Of a stretch of 64,000 nt of DNA, positions 27,749 through 38,154 are shown one piece after another. This stretch comes from an uncultured Acidobacteriota bacterium (lineage in GTDB: Bacteria; Acidobacteriota; Thermoanaerobaculia; Gp7-AA8). Position numbers and translations under genes: made by a program. Positions within the stretch are counted from its first letter, which is position 1; every line of letters begins with the position of its first letter. The DNA lies in NCBI GenBank assembly GCA_963741955.1, contig CAVUKB010000010.1, forward strand, positions 352,001 through 416,000. Direction: 5' to 3'. The notes under the pieces were generated by a model. It ran no database searches and had not been told where the DNA came from. It was given only the letters and a program-made list of their open reading frames with translations.

Positions 27749-29272
27749 GGCTGAAGTTCGTGAGTTGCGTAGGCTGTACGAGGTGAATGACACGAGAGTG
27801 GTGATCAATTTTCAGGGTTGCCCCTCACCCTGCCCTCTCCCCGAAGTCGCTCCTCGGCTGAAGTTGGTGAGTGCGGACGGGGAGAGGGGAGACCGCGCGA
27901 GAGGCGCGGGTGTTGCCCTGAATGGAGATCTCGATCGACTCCCGAAGCCGCGAACGTTCAGCTCTCGCACGGCTCGCGCTCCCCTCTCCCCGTCCACGAT
28001 CACCACTTTGGAACAGGCTCGTTGTTCGGGGAGAGGGGCCAGGGGGTGAGGGGATGTTCATCGTGCATGTTGCGACGGCTGAAGTTCGTGAGTTGCGTGG
28101 GCTGTACGAGGTGAATGACACGAGAGTGGTGATCAATTTTCAGGGTTGCCCCTCACCCTGCCCTCTCCCCGAAGTCGCTCCTCGGCTGAAGTTGGTGAGT
28201 GCGGACGGGGAGAGGGGAGACCGCGCGAGAGGCGCGGGTGTGTCCTGAATGGAGATCTCGATCGACTCCCGAAGCCGCGAACGTTCAGCTCTCGCACGGC
28301 TCGCGCTCCCCTCTCCCCGTCCACGATCACCACTTTGGAACAGGCTCGTTGTTCGGGGAGAGGGGCCAGGGGGTGAGGGGATGTTCATCGTGCATGTTGC
28401 GACGGCTGAAGTTCGTGAGTTGCGTGGGCTGTACGAGGTGAATGACACGAGAGTGGTGCTCAATTTTCAGGGTCGCCCCTCACCCTCCCCTCTCCCCGAA
28501 GTCGCTCCTCGGCTGAAGTTGGTGAGTGCGGACGGGGAGAGGGGAGACCGCGCGAGAGGCGCGGGTGTGTCCTGAATGGAGATCTCGATCGACTCCCGAA
28601 GCCGCGAACGTTCAGCTCTCGCGCGGCTCGCGCTCCCCTCTCCCCGTCCACGATCACCACTTTGGAACAGGCTCGTTGTTCGGGGAGAGGGGCCAGGGGG
28701 TGAGGGGACGTTCATCGTGCATGCTGCGACGGCTGAAGTTCGTGAGTTGCGTGGGCTGTACGAGGTGAATGACACGAGAGTGGTGCTCAATTTTCAGGGT
28801 CGCCCCTCACCCTCCCCTCTCCCCGAAGTCGCTCCTCGGCTGAAGTTGGTGAGTGCGGACGGGGAGAGGGGAGACCGCGCGAGAGGCGCGGGTGTTGCCC
28901 TGAATGGAGATCTCGATCGACTCCCGAAGCCGCGAACGTTCAGCTCTCGCACGGCTCGCGCTCCCCTCTCCCCGTCCACGATCACCACTTTGGAACAGGC
29001 TCGTTGTTCGGGGAGAGGGGCCAGGGGGTGAGGGGACGTTCATCGTGCATGCTGCGACGGCTGAAGTTCGTGAGTTGCGTGGATTGTACGAGGTGAATGA
29101 CACGAGAGTGGTGATCAATTTTCAGGGTTGCCCCTCACCCTCCCCTCTCCCCGAAGTCGCTCCTCGGCTGAAGTTGGTGAGTGCGGACGGGGAGAGGGGA
29201 GACCGCGCGAGAGGCGCGGGTGTGTCCTGAATGGAGATCTCGATCGACTCCCGAAGCCGCGAACGTTCAGCT
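27749..29272. repeat. Tandem array of about 4.6 copies of a 327-328 bp mosaic palindromic unit (BIME-like)
   Basis: Unit starts at 27749, 28077, 28404, 28731 and 29059; each unit holds two oppositely oriented CCCTCTCCCC...GGGGAGAGGG hairpin elements. Confidence 0.95.
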
Positions 29273-29360
29273 TCAGGACACGATCGGCGCGGCGGAATCC
29301 AAATGCGCGCTCCAAAGGCTCGGCGCGATTACGGGTGCGACCAGAGCCGGTCGCACCACC

Positions 29361-30578
29361 TCACTCGAATCGCAGTGCTTCGATCGGATTCAGAGCCGCC
29401 GCCTTTCGGGCCGGGTAGAAGCCGAAGAAGATGCCGACGGCAGCCGAGAAGCCGATCGCCACGAACACCATCATCGGAGAGACCTGAGTCGTCCATCCGG
29501 TGAAGTGGGCCACGATCCGCGCGCCGGCGAATCCGGTGACCAGACCGATGATTCCGCCGACGATGCTCATCACGATGCTCTCGACCAGGAACTGCGTCAG
29601 CACGTCTCCGCCGCGCGCACCGACGGCCATCCGGATCCCGATCTCACGCGTCCTCTCGGTCACCGAGACCAGCATGATGTTCATGATTCCGATGCCGCCC
29701 ACCAGAAGCGAGATCGAAGCGATGGCGGCGAGAAGCATGGTCATCACCTTGGTCGAGCTCTCCGCCGCCTCCGCCAGGTCAGTCTGATTGCGGACGGTGA
29801 AGTCGTCCGGCTCGCCGTCGTTCAACTTGTGTGCTTCACGCATGATCGTGCGCACCTGTTCCTGCGCGGCCGGAATCATGTCGGGGGAGCTCGTGCTCAC
29901 CAGGATCTGCGGAAGACGCCGGAACCCGCTCAGACGCGTCTGGAGCGTGGTGTACGGAATGAGGATCACGTCGTCCTGGTCGGTCCCGTTCGCGGTCTGT
30001 CCTTTTCGCGAAAGCACCCCGATGATGTCGAACACCGAATCGCGCAGCTGGAAGCGCTGCCCGACCGGGTCCATTCCGGAGAAGAGCTGATCCGCCACGG
30101 TCCGCCCGAGTACTGCGACTTTCCTCCGGGCACGTACGTCGTCCGTGGTGAAGAACGTCCCGCTGTCGAGCGGCCAGTCACGGATGTTCTGGTATCCGAC
30201 GTCGACGCCGTTGACTCGAGCTCGCCAGTTCGACGTGCCGCTCTTGGCTTGACCGAACGTGAATACCACCGGAGAGACGTAGGTCAGCAGATCACCTTCA
30301 CGCTGCAGCTTCGCCGCGTCGTCGAGCGAGATGCTGTTGACGCTTCCCGCGCCCTGGCTCACTCCTCCCTGATTGGAAGCGCCGGGAGTGATCACGATCA
30401 TGTTCGTACCGAGTCCGTTGATCTGATCGCGGATGGTCGAGCGTGCGCCCTGTCCGACCGCCACCATCACCAGGACCGCTGCGACACCGATGATGATGCC
30501 GAGCATGGTCAGAAGCGTGCGCATCTTGTTTTTGAGAATGCTCTGCCCTGCGACTTTCACCAGTACGGAAGGTTTCAT
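29361..30578 (-). CDS. MacB-type ABC transporter permease
   Basis: [13 protein letters not shown]; [28 protein letters not shown]; [14 protein letters not shown]. Confidence 0.93.
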   Translation of the reverse strand: MKPSVLVKVAGQSILKNKMRTLLTMLGIIIGVAAVLVMVAVGQGARSTIRDQINGLGTNMIVITPGASNQGGVSQGAGSVNSISLDDAAKLQREGDLLTYVSPVVFTFGQAKSGTSNWRARVNGVDVGYQNIRDWPLDSGTFFTTDDVRARRKVAVLGRTVADQLFSGMDPVGQRFQLRDSVFDIIGVLSRKGQTANGTDQDDVILIPYTTLQTRLSGFRRLPQILVSTSSPDMIPAAQEQVRTIMREAHKLNDGEPDDFTVRNQTDLAEAAESSTKVMTMLLAAIASISLLVGGIGIMNIMLVSVTERTREIGIRMAVGARGGDVLTQFLVESIVMSIVGGIIGLVTGFAGARIVAHFTGWTTQVSPMMVFVAIGFSAAVGIFFGFYPARKAAALNPIEALRFE

Positions 30579-31339
30579 GACGCCACCTCGTCGTCGTCGT
30601 CGATTGCCCCGAGAGCAGCGGCATCCGCAGCGGCATCCCTCCGCGACTGGACCGGATGATCCTTCCGGATCCTTCCGTCACGCACCTCGACGATCCGCTT
30701 TGCGTAGGCTGCGATGTCCGGCTCGTGGGTGACCAGGATGACGGTGATCCCCTGATCGTTGAGTTCCTGGAAGAGGGCCATCACTTCCACCGAGGTGTGG
30801 CTGTCGAGATTTCCGGTCGGTTCGTCGGCGAGGATCAGTGCCGGATCGGTCACCAGAGCCCGGGCGATCGCCACGCGCTGCTGCTGACCTCCGGAGAGCT
30901 CGTTCGACAGGTGGTTGCGCCGATCGACGAGTCCGACCCGTTCGAGGGCCTCACCGGCTTTCTTCGCCGTGTCGATACGCCGCCCGGAGCGGTCGTACAG
31001 GAGCGGGAGCTCCACATTGGAGAGCGCACTGGTTCTCGGCAGAAGGTTGAATCCCTGAAAGACGAATCCGATCTTGCGGTTCCTCACGTCGGCGAGCTCT
31101 TTCCTGGAGAGGCCGTCCACGCGGGTCCCGTCGAGGAAATAGGATCCACTGGTCGGGAGGTCGAGGCAGCCGAGTATGTTCATGAGCGTTGACTTACCCG
31201 ATCCGGAAGCTCCCATGACGGCGACCATCTCGCCCGGCTCCACGGTCAGCGAGACTCCGCGGAGCGCGTGCACCTCGTTGTGTCCCATCCGGTAGACCTT
31301 CTGCAGTGCTTCGGTTCGAATGACGTGATCTCTGTTCAT
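30575..31339 (-). CDS. ABC transporter ATP-binding protein (MacB/LolD type)
   Basis: [29 protein letters not shown]; start MNRDH at 31339. Confidence 0.93.
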   Translation of the reverse strand: MNRDHVIRTEALQKVYRMGHNEVHALRGVSLTVEPGEMVAVMGASGSGKSTLMNILGCLDLPTSGSYFLDGTRVDGLSRKELADVRNRKIGFVFQGFNLLPRTSALSNVELPLLYDRSGRRIDTAKKAGEALERVGLVDRRNHLSNELSGGQQQRVAIARALVTDPALILADEPTGNLDSHTSVEVMALFQELNDQGITVILVTHEPDIAAYAKRIVEVRDGRIRKDHPVQSRRDAAADAAALGAIDDDDEVAS

Positions 31340-32652
31340 CAGAATGCTCCGGGAGGCCCGTGGCGCTGGCTGCGTTGCTGAGTGAACGGACCCGAGGTCT
31401 CCGTCGATGCGCTCTGCGATTGAGCCCCCATCCCGACGATCACCTGCATCCCTTCCTTGATGTTGCGTCCACGCACTTCGGTCGCGGTTCCATCGCTCAC
31501 TCCGGTCCGTGCCGGGGCCATGGAGATCTTTCCGCCGGGATCGACGATCCACAGCATCCCGAAATCGGCGGGGCGGTTGCCTCCGTTCCAGCGGCGTCCG
31601 GATCCGTTCCCCGGCGCGCCGTTTCCGCCGCGCGCGGTTCCGTTCCCTGTCCCGGTGGCTGCGTCAGAGCTGGTCGCGGCTCCCCCTGCGGCTGCCGCGG
31701 CCTTCTTCCGTTCCTCACGAATCTTTGCGATCACGTCCTCGGACGGGCGGAACCTCAGCGCCGCGTTCGGCACCTTCAGCACGTCCGAGACCGAATTGAC
31801 CAGGAAGTCGATGTTCGCGGTCATCCCCGGAAGAAGTTTTCCATCGGGATTCTCGACGTCGATCGGAACGGTGTAGTTGACGACGTTCTCCTGAACCGTC
31901 GACTGCAGCCGCACCTGGCGCACCTTTCCTTCGAACTTCTCGTTCGGCATCGATTGCACGGTGAACCGGACCTTCTGTCCCTCTTTGATCTGTGAGATGT
32001 CGCTCTCGTCGACCGAGGCGAGGATCTGCATGTGGGCGAGATCGTTCGCGATCAGGAAGAGCTGGGGGGCCGAAAGACTCGCCGCGACGGTCTGTCCGAC
32101 GTCGACGTTCCTCTCGACGACCACTCCGTCGATGGGAGCGTAGATCTCGGTGTAGGAGAGGTTCCGCCGCGCGCGGTCGAGACTGACCTGTGCGGATTCG
32201 AGATTCGCCTTTGCCACGGCGAGATTCGCCGAGCTCGAGTCGAAACTGCTCTTCGCGATCAGCCCGTCATTCTCCAGCGCGCGGTTGCGCTCGTAATCCT
32301 GCTGCGACTGCTGGAGCTGTGCCCTCGCGCGATCGAGCCCGGCCTCGGCGTCACGCACCGACTGTTCTGCGAGCGTCGGGTCGATCCGCGCGAGACGCTG
32401 GCCCTTCTTCACCTGGTCGTTGAAGTCGGCGTAGAGCGCCGAGACCTGTCCGGAGACCTGGGTTCCGACGTTCACCGTCTTTACGGCGCTGAGCGTTCCG
32501 GTCGCAGTGACCGTCTGCTCGAGATCACCCTTCTCGATCGCAGCGGTCCGGTACGAGGGGGTCTCCTGCGCATCGGCGCGATGGTAGAACCAGAATCCAG
32601 TGGTGGTCAGAAGGACCGCGAGAGCGGTGACGATGATCCATTTCTTCTTCAT
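31339..32652 (-). CDS. Efflux periplasmic adaptor subunit (MacA-like)
   Basis: [41 protein letters not shown]; start MKKKW at 32652. Confidence 0.92.
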   Translation of the reverse strand: MKKKWIIVTALAVLLTTTGFWFYHRADAQETPSYRTAAIEKGDLEQTVTATGTLSAVKTVNVGTQVSGQVSALYADFNDQVKKGQRLARIDPTLAEQSVRDAEAGLDRARAQLQQSQQDYERNRALENDGLIAKSSFDSSSANLAVAKANLESAQVSLDRARRNLSYTEIYAPIDGVVVERNVDVGQTVAASLSAPQLFLIANDLAHMQILASVDESDISQIKEGQKVRFTVQSMPNEKFEGKVRQVRLQSTVQENVVNYTVPIDVENPDGKLLPGMTANIDFLVNSVSDVLKVPNAALRFRPSEDVIAKIREERKKAAAAAGGAATSSDAATGTGNGTARGGNGAPGNGSGRRWNGGNRPADFGMLWIVDPGGKISMAPARTGVSDGTATEVRGRNIKEGMQVIVGMGAQSQSASTETSGPFTQQRSQRHGPPGAF

Positions 32653-32764
32653 TTCAATCTTCCTCGAAGCAGCCGGACGCCGGATCCGCGATCTCGCGGT
32701 CCGGCGCCGGCGATGAGCGCGTCGACCGGATCCCGGGAAGCGCCCGGGCCCGGTCGCTCGGGCC

Positions 32765-33238
32765 TTACTGCTGCGGTGCTCCCTTTTCCTGCCGCGCCGC
32801 ACGGCGCGCCTGCATCTGCTGCCTCATCTCCTGGAACTGCTGCCGCTGCTCGGGGGTGAGGATGTTCAGCATCGCCTGGCGCTGCTGATTACGCGCGAGG
32901 ATCATCTGGTCGCGAAGCGAATCGAGCTTCGGACGCAGCGCATCGACAGTCGCCTGATCGCCGGCGACGAGAGCGTCGCGATACTGCGTTTGGGTCTGAC
33001 GGGAAGTCCGGAACAGCTCTTTGTTCTGTTCGCGGAACGTCTTGTGGAGCTCGCGAAGCTGAGTCTTCTGCGCATCGCTGAGATTGAGCTTCTTCGCCAA
33101 TCCCATCTCTCCTTGGCGCTGTCCCATGTGGTGGCGGCCCATCTCGTGCTGGCCTCCCCACGCGCCGCCGACCTGTGCGCCGAATGCGACGGTGGCTCCG
33201 AGGGCTGCGACGCCGATTGCGGTGAGTACCTTCTTCAT
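32765..33238 (-). CDS. Spy/CpxP family periplasmic chaperone
   Basis: Signal peptide, LNLSDAQK and ILTPEQ (LTxxQ) motifs. Confidence 0.85.
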   Translation of the reverse strand: MKKVLTAIGVAALGATVAFGAQVGGAWGGQHEMGRHHMGQRQGEMGLAKKLNLSDAQKTQLRELHKTFREQNKELFRTSRQTQTQYRDALVAGDQATVDALRPKLDSLRDQMILARNQQRQAMLNILTPEQRQQFQEMRQQMQARRAARQEKGAPQQ

Positions 33239-33351
33239 TTCCTGCCTCCTTGATGGTTGTGAAGCTGTTGACCTTTGCCTGTTCGGCTGTATGCATAGAC
33301 GTTTTGCAGCGCCGCTATGTTTCATCAAATCAACGACTTGCACCCACGTGT

Positions 33352-33381
33352 CACGAACTGCACGAAGCGCGACACGAATGG
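33352..33381 (-). promoter_or_regulatory. Putative LytTR-binding direct repeat (CCATTCGTG-N12-CAGTTCGTG) upstream of the spy-macAB operon
   Basis: Two 9-bp imperfect repeats 21 bp apart between a divergent LytS/LytTR pair and the operon. Confidence 0.6.
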
Positions 33382-33481
33382 TCCGCCTGCCGCCGCGAAG
33401 AAGGCCTCCCCGACGGGACCGCGACTCGCAGGGCGGCTATGATGAGGAGCGAAAGGAGCCTCGATCGGACCTCCGGCGGTA

Positions 33482-34750
33482 ATGAATGGTGAGCCGCACG
33501 AGCGGACTAGGCGATGTTCGGGTGCTCTCGGGGAGATGGAGATCGACGTGAAGACGAATCGGATGGAGGTGCGGAGCGAGGAGGGCCGGTGGGCTCTCTC
33601 GACACGCGAGATCATCTTCATCTTCGTGTTCTGGACGTCGCTCGCGCTCCTCACCGTGGCGAACCGTCTGCTGGACGCGCGCGGCACGGGGTTTCAGCTC
33701 ATCGCACCGACCCGGCCGATCGTCCTCGCCTTCGTCGAAGCGTGGATCTGGGCGGTGCTGACACCATTGATCTTCTGGCTCAGCCATCGCGTGAGCGGGG
33801 AACGATGGGGATGGATCGAGCGAGTCCTGGTGCTGGTGGTGGTCGGGATACTGCTGGCGATTTTCGTCGATGCGGCGACGGAGGTTTTCCGGGTTCAGGT
33901 CCTGCACATCCCGCATCGCCGGTTCCCTCCGGGGATCGCCCGGCGGATGATGGCGATCCGGGGAGGACGGATCTGGTTCCTCAACGAGATGATCGTGTAC
34001 CTCGCCGTCCTCGCCGCAGGTTTCGCCCGCGAGTACTTCGACCGTTACCAGAGGCGGCAGCAGGAATCGGTGCGACTCGAAGCGCACACCGCGCAACTCG
34101 AAGCGCAACTGGCGACCGCACGCCTCGAGACGCTGCGAATGCAGCTGAATCCTCACTTTCTATTCAACACCCTTCACGCCGTCTCCGCGCTGGTGGAGCG
34201 CGATCCGGCCGGAGTGCGACGGATGATCGCGCGCCTGAGCGAGTTGCTCCGGTTCACCCTCGAGTCGACCGGCCGGCACGAGGTGTCGCTGGAAGAGGAG
34301 ATCTCGCTCCTCGAGCGTTACCTCGACATCATGCGGATCCGCTTTCAAGGGAAGCTCGACGTGCGGATCGATCTCGCTCCGGAGACCGGAGGGGCGCTGT
34401 TGCCGAACCTGATCCTGCAGCCGATCGTGGAGAACGCGATCAAGCACGGCGTCGATCGGAATGGCGAAGGTGAGATCGAGATCCGCGCGCTGCGACGCGG
34501 AGAACGACTGGTGGTCTCGGTGCGAGACCACGGCGACGGCAGCGAGAACGACTTCGATTTCAGAGAAGGAGTGGGGCTGGCGAACACGCGAGCGAGGCTG
34601 GAACAGATGTACGACACCGACCAGACGCTCACTATCCGGCCGGCCGAAGGTGGCGGGGTGATCGCGACCATCGAGGTGCCCTACCACACCGCGTCGGATC
34701 TGCAGGTCCCGTCGTTCGATGTGAACGTGAAGGAGAACGACGGTGAGTGA
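33482..34750 (+). CDS. LytS-family sensor histidine kinase
   Basis: TM N-terminus; MQLNPHFLFNTL, LQPIVENAIKHG, GVGL.N; start could be a downstream ATG. Confidence 0.92.
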   Translation: MNGEPHERTRRCSGALGEMEIDVKTNRMEVRSEEGRWALSTREIIFIFVFWTSLALLTVANRLLDARGTGFQLIAPTRPIVLAFVEAWIWAVLTPLIFWLSHRVSGERWGWIERVLVLVVVGILLAIFVDAATEVFRVQVLHIPHRRFPPGIARRMMAIRGGRIWFLNEMIVYLAVLAAGFAREYFDRYQRRQQESVRLEAHTAQLEAQLATARLETLRMQLNPHFLFNTLHAVSALVERDPAGVRRMIARLSELLRFTLESTGRHEVSLEEEISLLERYLDIMRIRFQGKLDVRIDLAPETGGALLPNLILQPIVENAIKHGVDRNGEGEIEIRALRRGERLVVSVRDHGDGSENDFDFREGVGLANTRARLEQMYDTDQTLTIRPAEGGGVIATIEVPYHTASDLQVPSFDVNVKENDGE

Positions 34751-35549
34751 GCGGCGGCCTCTCCGAGTGCTCGTCGTCGACGACGAGATGCTTGCCCGGC
34801 AGCGTATCGAGGATCTTCTCCGGAAGGAGGAGGAGGTGGAGATTGCCGGCACGGTCGACAACGGCGCGGATGCGGTGGACGCGATCGAGTCTCTCCACCC
34901 CGATCTGGTGTTCCTCGACATCCAGATGCCGCGCATGAGCGGACTGGAAGTGGTGGCCGGGGTGGGACCGGAGCGGATGCCGGCCACGATCTTCGTCACC
35001 GCGTTCGACCAGCATGCGATCCGGGCGTTCGAGCTCGCGGCGCTCGATTACCTCGTCAAGCCATTCGACGATGCGCGCTTCGAGCAGGCGTTCCGCCGGG
35101 CGCAGAAGATGATCGAGCTGGAGCAGGTCGGAAAGATGACTCGCGAGCTGGTGTCGCTGCTCGGGGGATCGGTGGCGCCACCGCAGCAGGAGCCGGTGCG
35201 CGCAGCGATCGGGTATCTCGAGCGCATCGCGGTCGAGACGAAGGGGCAGATCCGGGTCGTGCCGGTGGAGAAGATCGACTACATCACCGCCAGCGGTCCG
35301 TACGCGGAGATCCACGTCGGGGAGAAGAGCTACGCGATCCGCGAGAGGATGCAGACGCTCGAGGAGCGGCTCGACCCTGAGCGGTTCTTCCGCATCCATC
35401 GCTCTGCGATCGTGCGGATCGACCGGGTGGAGACACTTCTTCGCAGCGGCGGCGGCGACTACGCAGTGCGCCTGCGTGGCGGTGCCGAGCTGAGCGTGAG
35501 CCGGCAACGGAAGGACGAGCTCGAGCGGCGGCTCGGCGTTTCGCACTGA
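34743..35549 (+). CDS. LytTR-family response regulator
   Basis: VVDDE, FLDIQMP, DYLVKP, FFRIHRSAIV, VSR. Confidence 0.93.
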   Translation: MSERRPLRVLVVDDEMLARQRIEDLLRKEEEVEIAGTVDNGADAVDAIESLHPDLVFLDIQMPRMSGLEVVAGVGPERMPATIFVTAFDQHAIRAFELAALDYLVKPFDDARFEQAFRRAQKMIELEQVGKMTRELVSLLGGSVAPPQQEPVRAAIGYLERIAVETKGQIRVVPVEKIDYITASGPYAEIHVGEKSYAIRERMQTLEERLDPERFFRIHRSAIVRIDRVETLLRSGGGDYAVRLRGGAELSVSRQRKDELERRLGVSH

Positions 35550-35642
35550 AGAGCCATCGCGCGCTCCTCCTGAATTTTCACGGGGCGGCGGCCATCCTCC
35601 TTCCACCTTGCAACGGTCCTGACTCCGAGGTAGCCTCGGCTC

Positions 35643-36200
35643 ATGACCGAGAAGGTGAAAGAGAGAGCGCTCTACGACGATCTCGTCGCCGCTCCGGAAG
35701 ACCGGATCGCCGAGATCGTGACTGGTTCGCTCTATCTCTCTCCTCGTCCGTCGCTGCGGCACTCGAGAATCGTTTCGACGCTCGGTGCCGACATCCATGA
35801 TGCATTCGACCGCGCCCGGCGCGGACCGGGTGGATGGCTGATTCTCGACGAGCCGGAAGTTCATCTTCTGAACGATGTGGTCGTGCCGGACATCGCGGGA
35901 TGGCGAAGAGACCGCGTTCCCGCGACTCCCGAGCAAGTGGCGATGACGATCGCTCCCGACTGGGCGTGTGAAGTCCTTTCGCCTTCAACCGAGCAGTTCG
36001 ACCGGAGGGAAAAGCTCCCCTGGTATCTCGCCGTGGAAGTAGGCCACCTCTGGCTGGTCGATCCCCCCTTCCGGCGGCTCGAGGTCTACGCGCGTCACGC
36101 GCACGAATGGATCCTTCTCGAGACGTACGCGAACGAAGCGGTCGTCAGCGCGCCCCCGTTCGAGGCGGTTCCCATCGAGCTCGCCCCGCTCTGGTCTTAG
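35643..36200 (+). CDS. Uma2 family (PD-(D/E)XK) endonuclease-like protein
   Basis: AEIVTG.L..SPRP...H; EPE; VPDIAGW; APDWACEVLSPST; WLVDP. Confidence 0.9.
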   Translation: MTEKVKERALYDDLVAAPEDRIAEIVTGSLYLSPRPSLRHSRIVSTLGADIHDAFDRARRGPGGWLILDEPEVHLLNDVVVPDIAGWRRDRVPATPEQVAMTIAPDWACEVLSPSTEQFDRREKLPWYLAVEVGHLWLVDPPFRRLEVYARHAHEWILLETYANEAVVSAPPFEAVPIELAPLWS

Positions 36201-36221
36201 GTGGGGTACGTGCGTGGATGA

Positions 36222-36392
36222 TTCAATCGCCCCTACGGGGCTTTCGCGCTGACCTCGAGTGTCGAGTCCCGAGCCCCGAAGGAATCCCAGGACTGCGTCC
36301 TGGGCTATGGTCAATCGCCCCTACGGGGCTTTCGCCCTGAACCCGAGCCTCGAGCCTCGCGCCCCGCGCCTCGAGTCTCGCGCCTCCCGCTT
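36222..36392. repeat. REP doublet (TCAATCGCCCCTACGGGGCTTTCGC x2, family C) plus short heptamer run
   Basis: 25-bp direct repeat at about 36222 and 36311 with a CCCAGGAC-TGC-GTCCTGGG hairpin between. Confidence 0.75.
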
Positions 36393-36481
36393 CGAGAGGG
36401 GCAGGTCTGCACGTCGTTGCATCTCCGTGACACTTCGTCGTCGGTTCGGGTGCTATCCTCGGTGGGAGGAGGCTCCCCGAC

Positions 36482-37261
36482 ATGCGTATGCCGTCTGCCG
36501 CTCTGCGTGCAATCGCCGTCAGTTCGTTCGCGATCCTCGTCATCTCCGCCGCGCCGTCCCTCGCACAGGAACGCTGGAGTTGGCCCGAACATCCGAAGAA
36601 CCTCCAGATCCTGAAGGGGATGAGCGGTGAACAGCTCCGCCCCGTCATGGTCGGCTTCACCCGCGCGCTCGGAGTTCGCTGCAACTACTGCCACGTCGGC
36701 GAAGAGGGAAAGCCGTTCACCGAATGGGATTTCCCCTCCGATGCCAAACCGGCCAAGAAGACCGCACGCCAGATGCTCGTGATGCTGCGCATGATCAACG
36801 ATCAGCTGAAGGAGGTCCAACCGAGCGGCGACCAGCGGGTCAACATGTGGTGCGGCACCTGCCACCACGGGAAGCCGCGCCCGATGACTCTCGAAGAAAG
36901 TCTCGATGAAGCGTATCGTCAGGGTGGGGTCAAGGCTGCAGTCGACCGCTACCACGAACTTCGTGACCGTTACTACGGCCGCGGGGCGTACGACTTCGGG
37001 GAGCGCTCACTGAACCAGTTCGGCTACGAGCTGCTCGGTAAGAGTGACCTCGACGGAGGGATCACCATTCTCCGGTTGAACGCCGAAATGTTCCCGCAGT
37101 CGGGGAACGTGTGGGACAGCCTCGCCGAGGCGTATGCGAAGGAGGGGAAACCGGAGCTCGCGGAGATCTACTACCGGAAGTCTCTGGAGCTCGATCCGGA
37201 GAACCGCCACGCACTGGAAGAGCTGCAGAAGATCCGGAGCGCGAATCGACAAGCCCCGTAG
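36482..37261 (+). CDS. Periplasmic di-heme c-type cytochrome with C-terminal TPR
   Basis: Signal peptide, PKNLQIL, LGVRCNYCH and CGTCHHG, TPR (NVWDSLAEAY...YRKSLELDP). Confidence 0.8.
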   Translation: MRMPSAALRAIAVSSFAILVISAAPSLAQERWSWPEHPKNLQILKGMSGEQLRPVMVGFTRALGVRCNYCHVGEEGKPFTEWDFPSDAKPAKKTARQMLVMLRMINDQLKEVQPSGDQRVNMWCGTCHHGKPRPMTLEESLDEAYRQGGVKAAVDRYHELRDRYYGRGAYDFGERSLNQFGYELLGKSDLDGGITILRLNAEMFPQSGNVWDSLAEAYAKEGKPELAEIYYRKSLELDPENRHALEELQKIRSANRQAP

Positions 37262-37461
37262 GGGGGTGATTCGACAACGGCCCTGGTGCAGTCCCGGGGT
37301 CCACGCACGTCGACTCTCCTGTTTCCGCCGAAGGGGCGCCGCGGCTCCTGCCGCGGCCGACACGGCGAGAGCCGTGCCGCTCCCAGCCCGGATCGAGCTC
37401 CGCAGCAGAAGTCCCGTGGATAGTCTGCTCCCAGCAGCAGGACTGGCTCTGCCGTGAGACG

Positions 37462-38154
37462 CTAACCGTCGCGACTCATCCGCGTGGTGCCGCCCGGCGT
37501 GCCGATGATCGCATCCGTCGCCTCGGTCGCGAACAGGCCCGTCTCGACCACTCCGGCGATGCGGCGCAGCCGGTCCGCGAGTGACGCGATCTCCGTTCCG
37601 GGCGGGACGGTGACATCGATGATGTGGTGCTGTTCGTCCGTGAGGAACGGCTCGTCCGCATGGAGGCGAAGAACCGGATCGAGCTCCAGCCGGCGGAAGC
37701 GGTCGAGCAGATGCGCCGTCGCGAATCTCACGACCTCCACCGGAAGGCGTCCGCGCCCCAGCCGCTCCACGAGCTTCGTCTCGTCGGCGATCACCAGGAA
37801 TCGTTTCGCCGACTGCTCGACGATCTTTTCCCGCAGCAGCGCCCCGCCACGTCCCTTGATCAGTCGAAGGTGACGGTCGATCTCGTCCGCGCCGTCGACG
37901 GCGAGGTCGATCTCTCCGAGATCTTCCAGCGTGAAGACCTCGATGCCGAATTCGCGCGCGAGCGCTTCGGTGCGGGTCGAGGTGCACGTCGCCCGGATCT
38001 CTGAGATCTCTCCAACTGCCAGCCGGTCGGCGAGCGCACGAAGAAACTCCTCGGCAGTCGAGCCGGTGCCGAGCCCGAGGCGCATTCCGTCACGCACTTC
38101 ATCGACCGCCGTCTCGGCGGCGCGTCTTTTCATCTCTGCCGTATCAGTACCCAC
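37462..38154 (-). CDS. rpiA: Ribose-5-phosphate isomerase A
   Basis: GLGTGST, DGADE, IKGRGGALLREK, GVVETGLF. Confidence 0.95.
   Translation of the reverse strand: MGTDTAEMKRRAAETAVDEVRDGMRLGLGTGSTAEEFLRALADRLAVGEISEIRATCTSTRTEALAREFGIEVFTLEDLGEIDLAVDGADEIDRHLRLIKGRGGALLREKIVEQSAKRFLVIADETKLVERLGRGRLPVEVVRFATAHLLDRFRRLELDPVLRLHADEPFLTDEQHHIIDVTVPPGTEIASLADRLRRIAGVVETGLFATEATDAIIGTPGGTTRMSRDG

Noticed and set aside
27749-29272. CRISPR array
   Set aside because: Units are 327-328 bp and nearly identical throughout; there are no unique spacers and no cas genes in the window
27812-29503. Repeated small ORFs (MEISIDSRSR..., MVIVDGERG...) as a peptide family
   Set aside because: They occur on both strands, vary with 1-bp indels and are explained by the palindromic repeat
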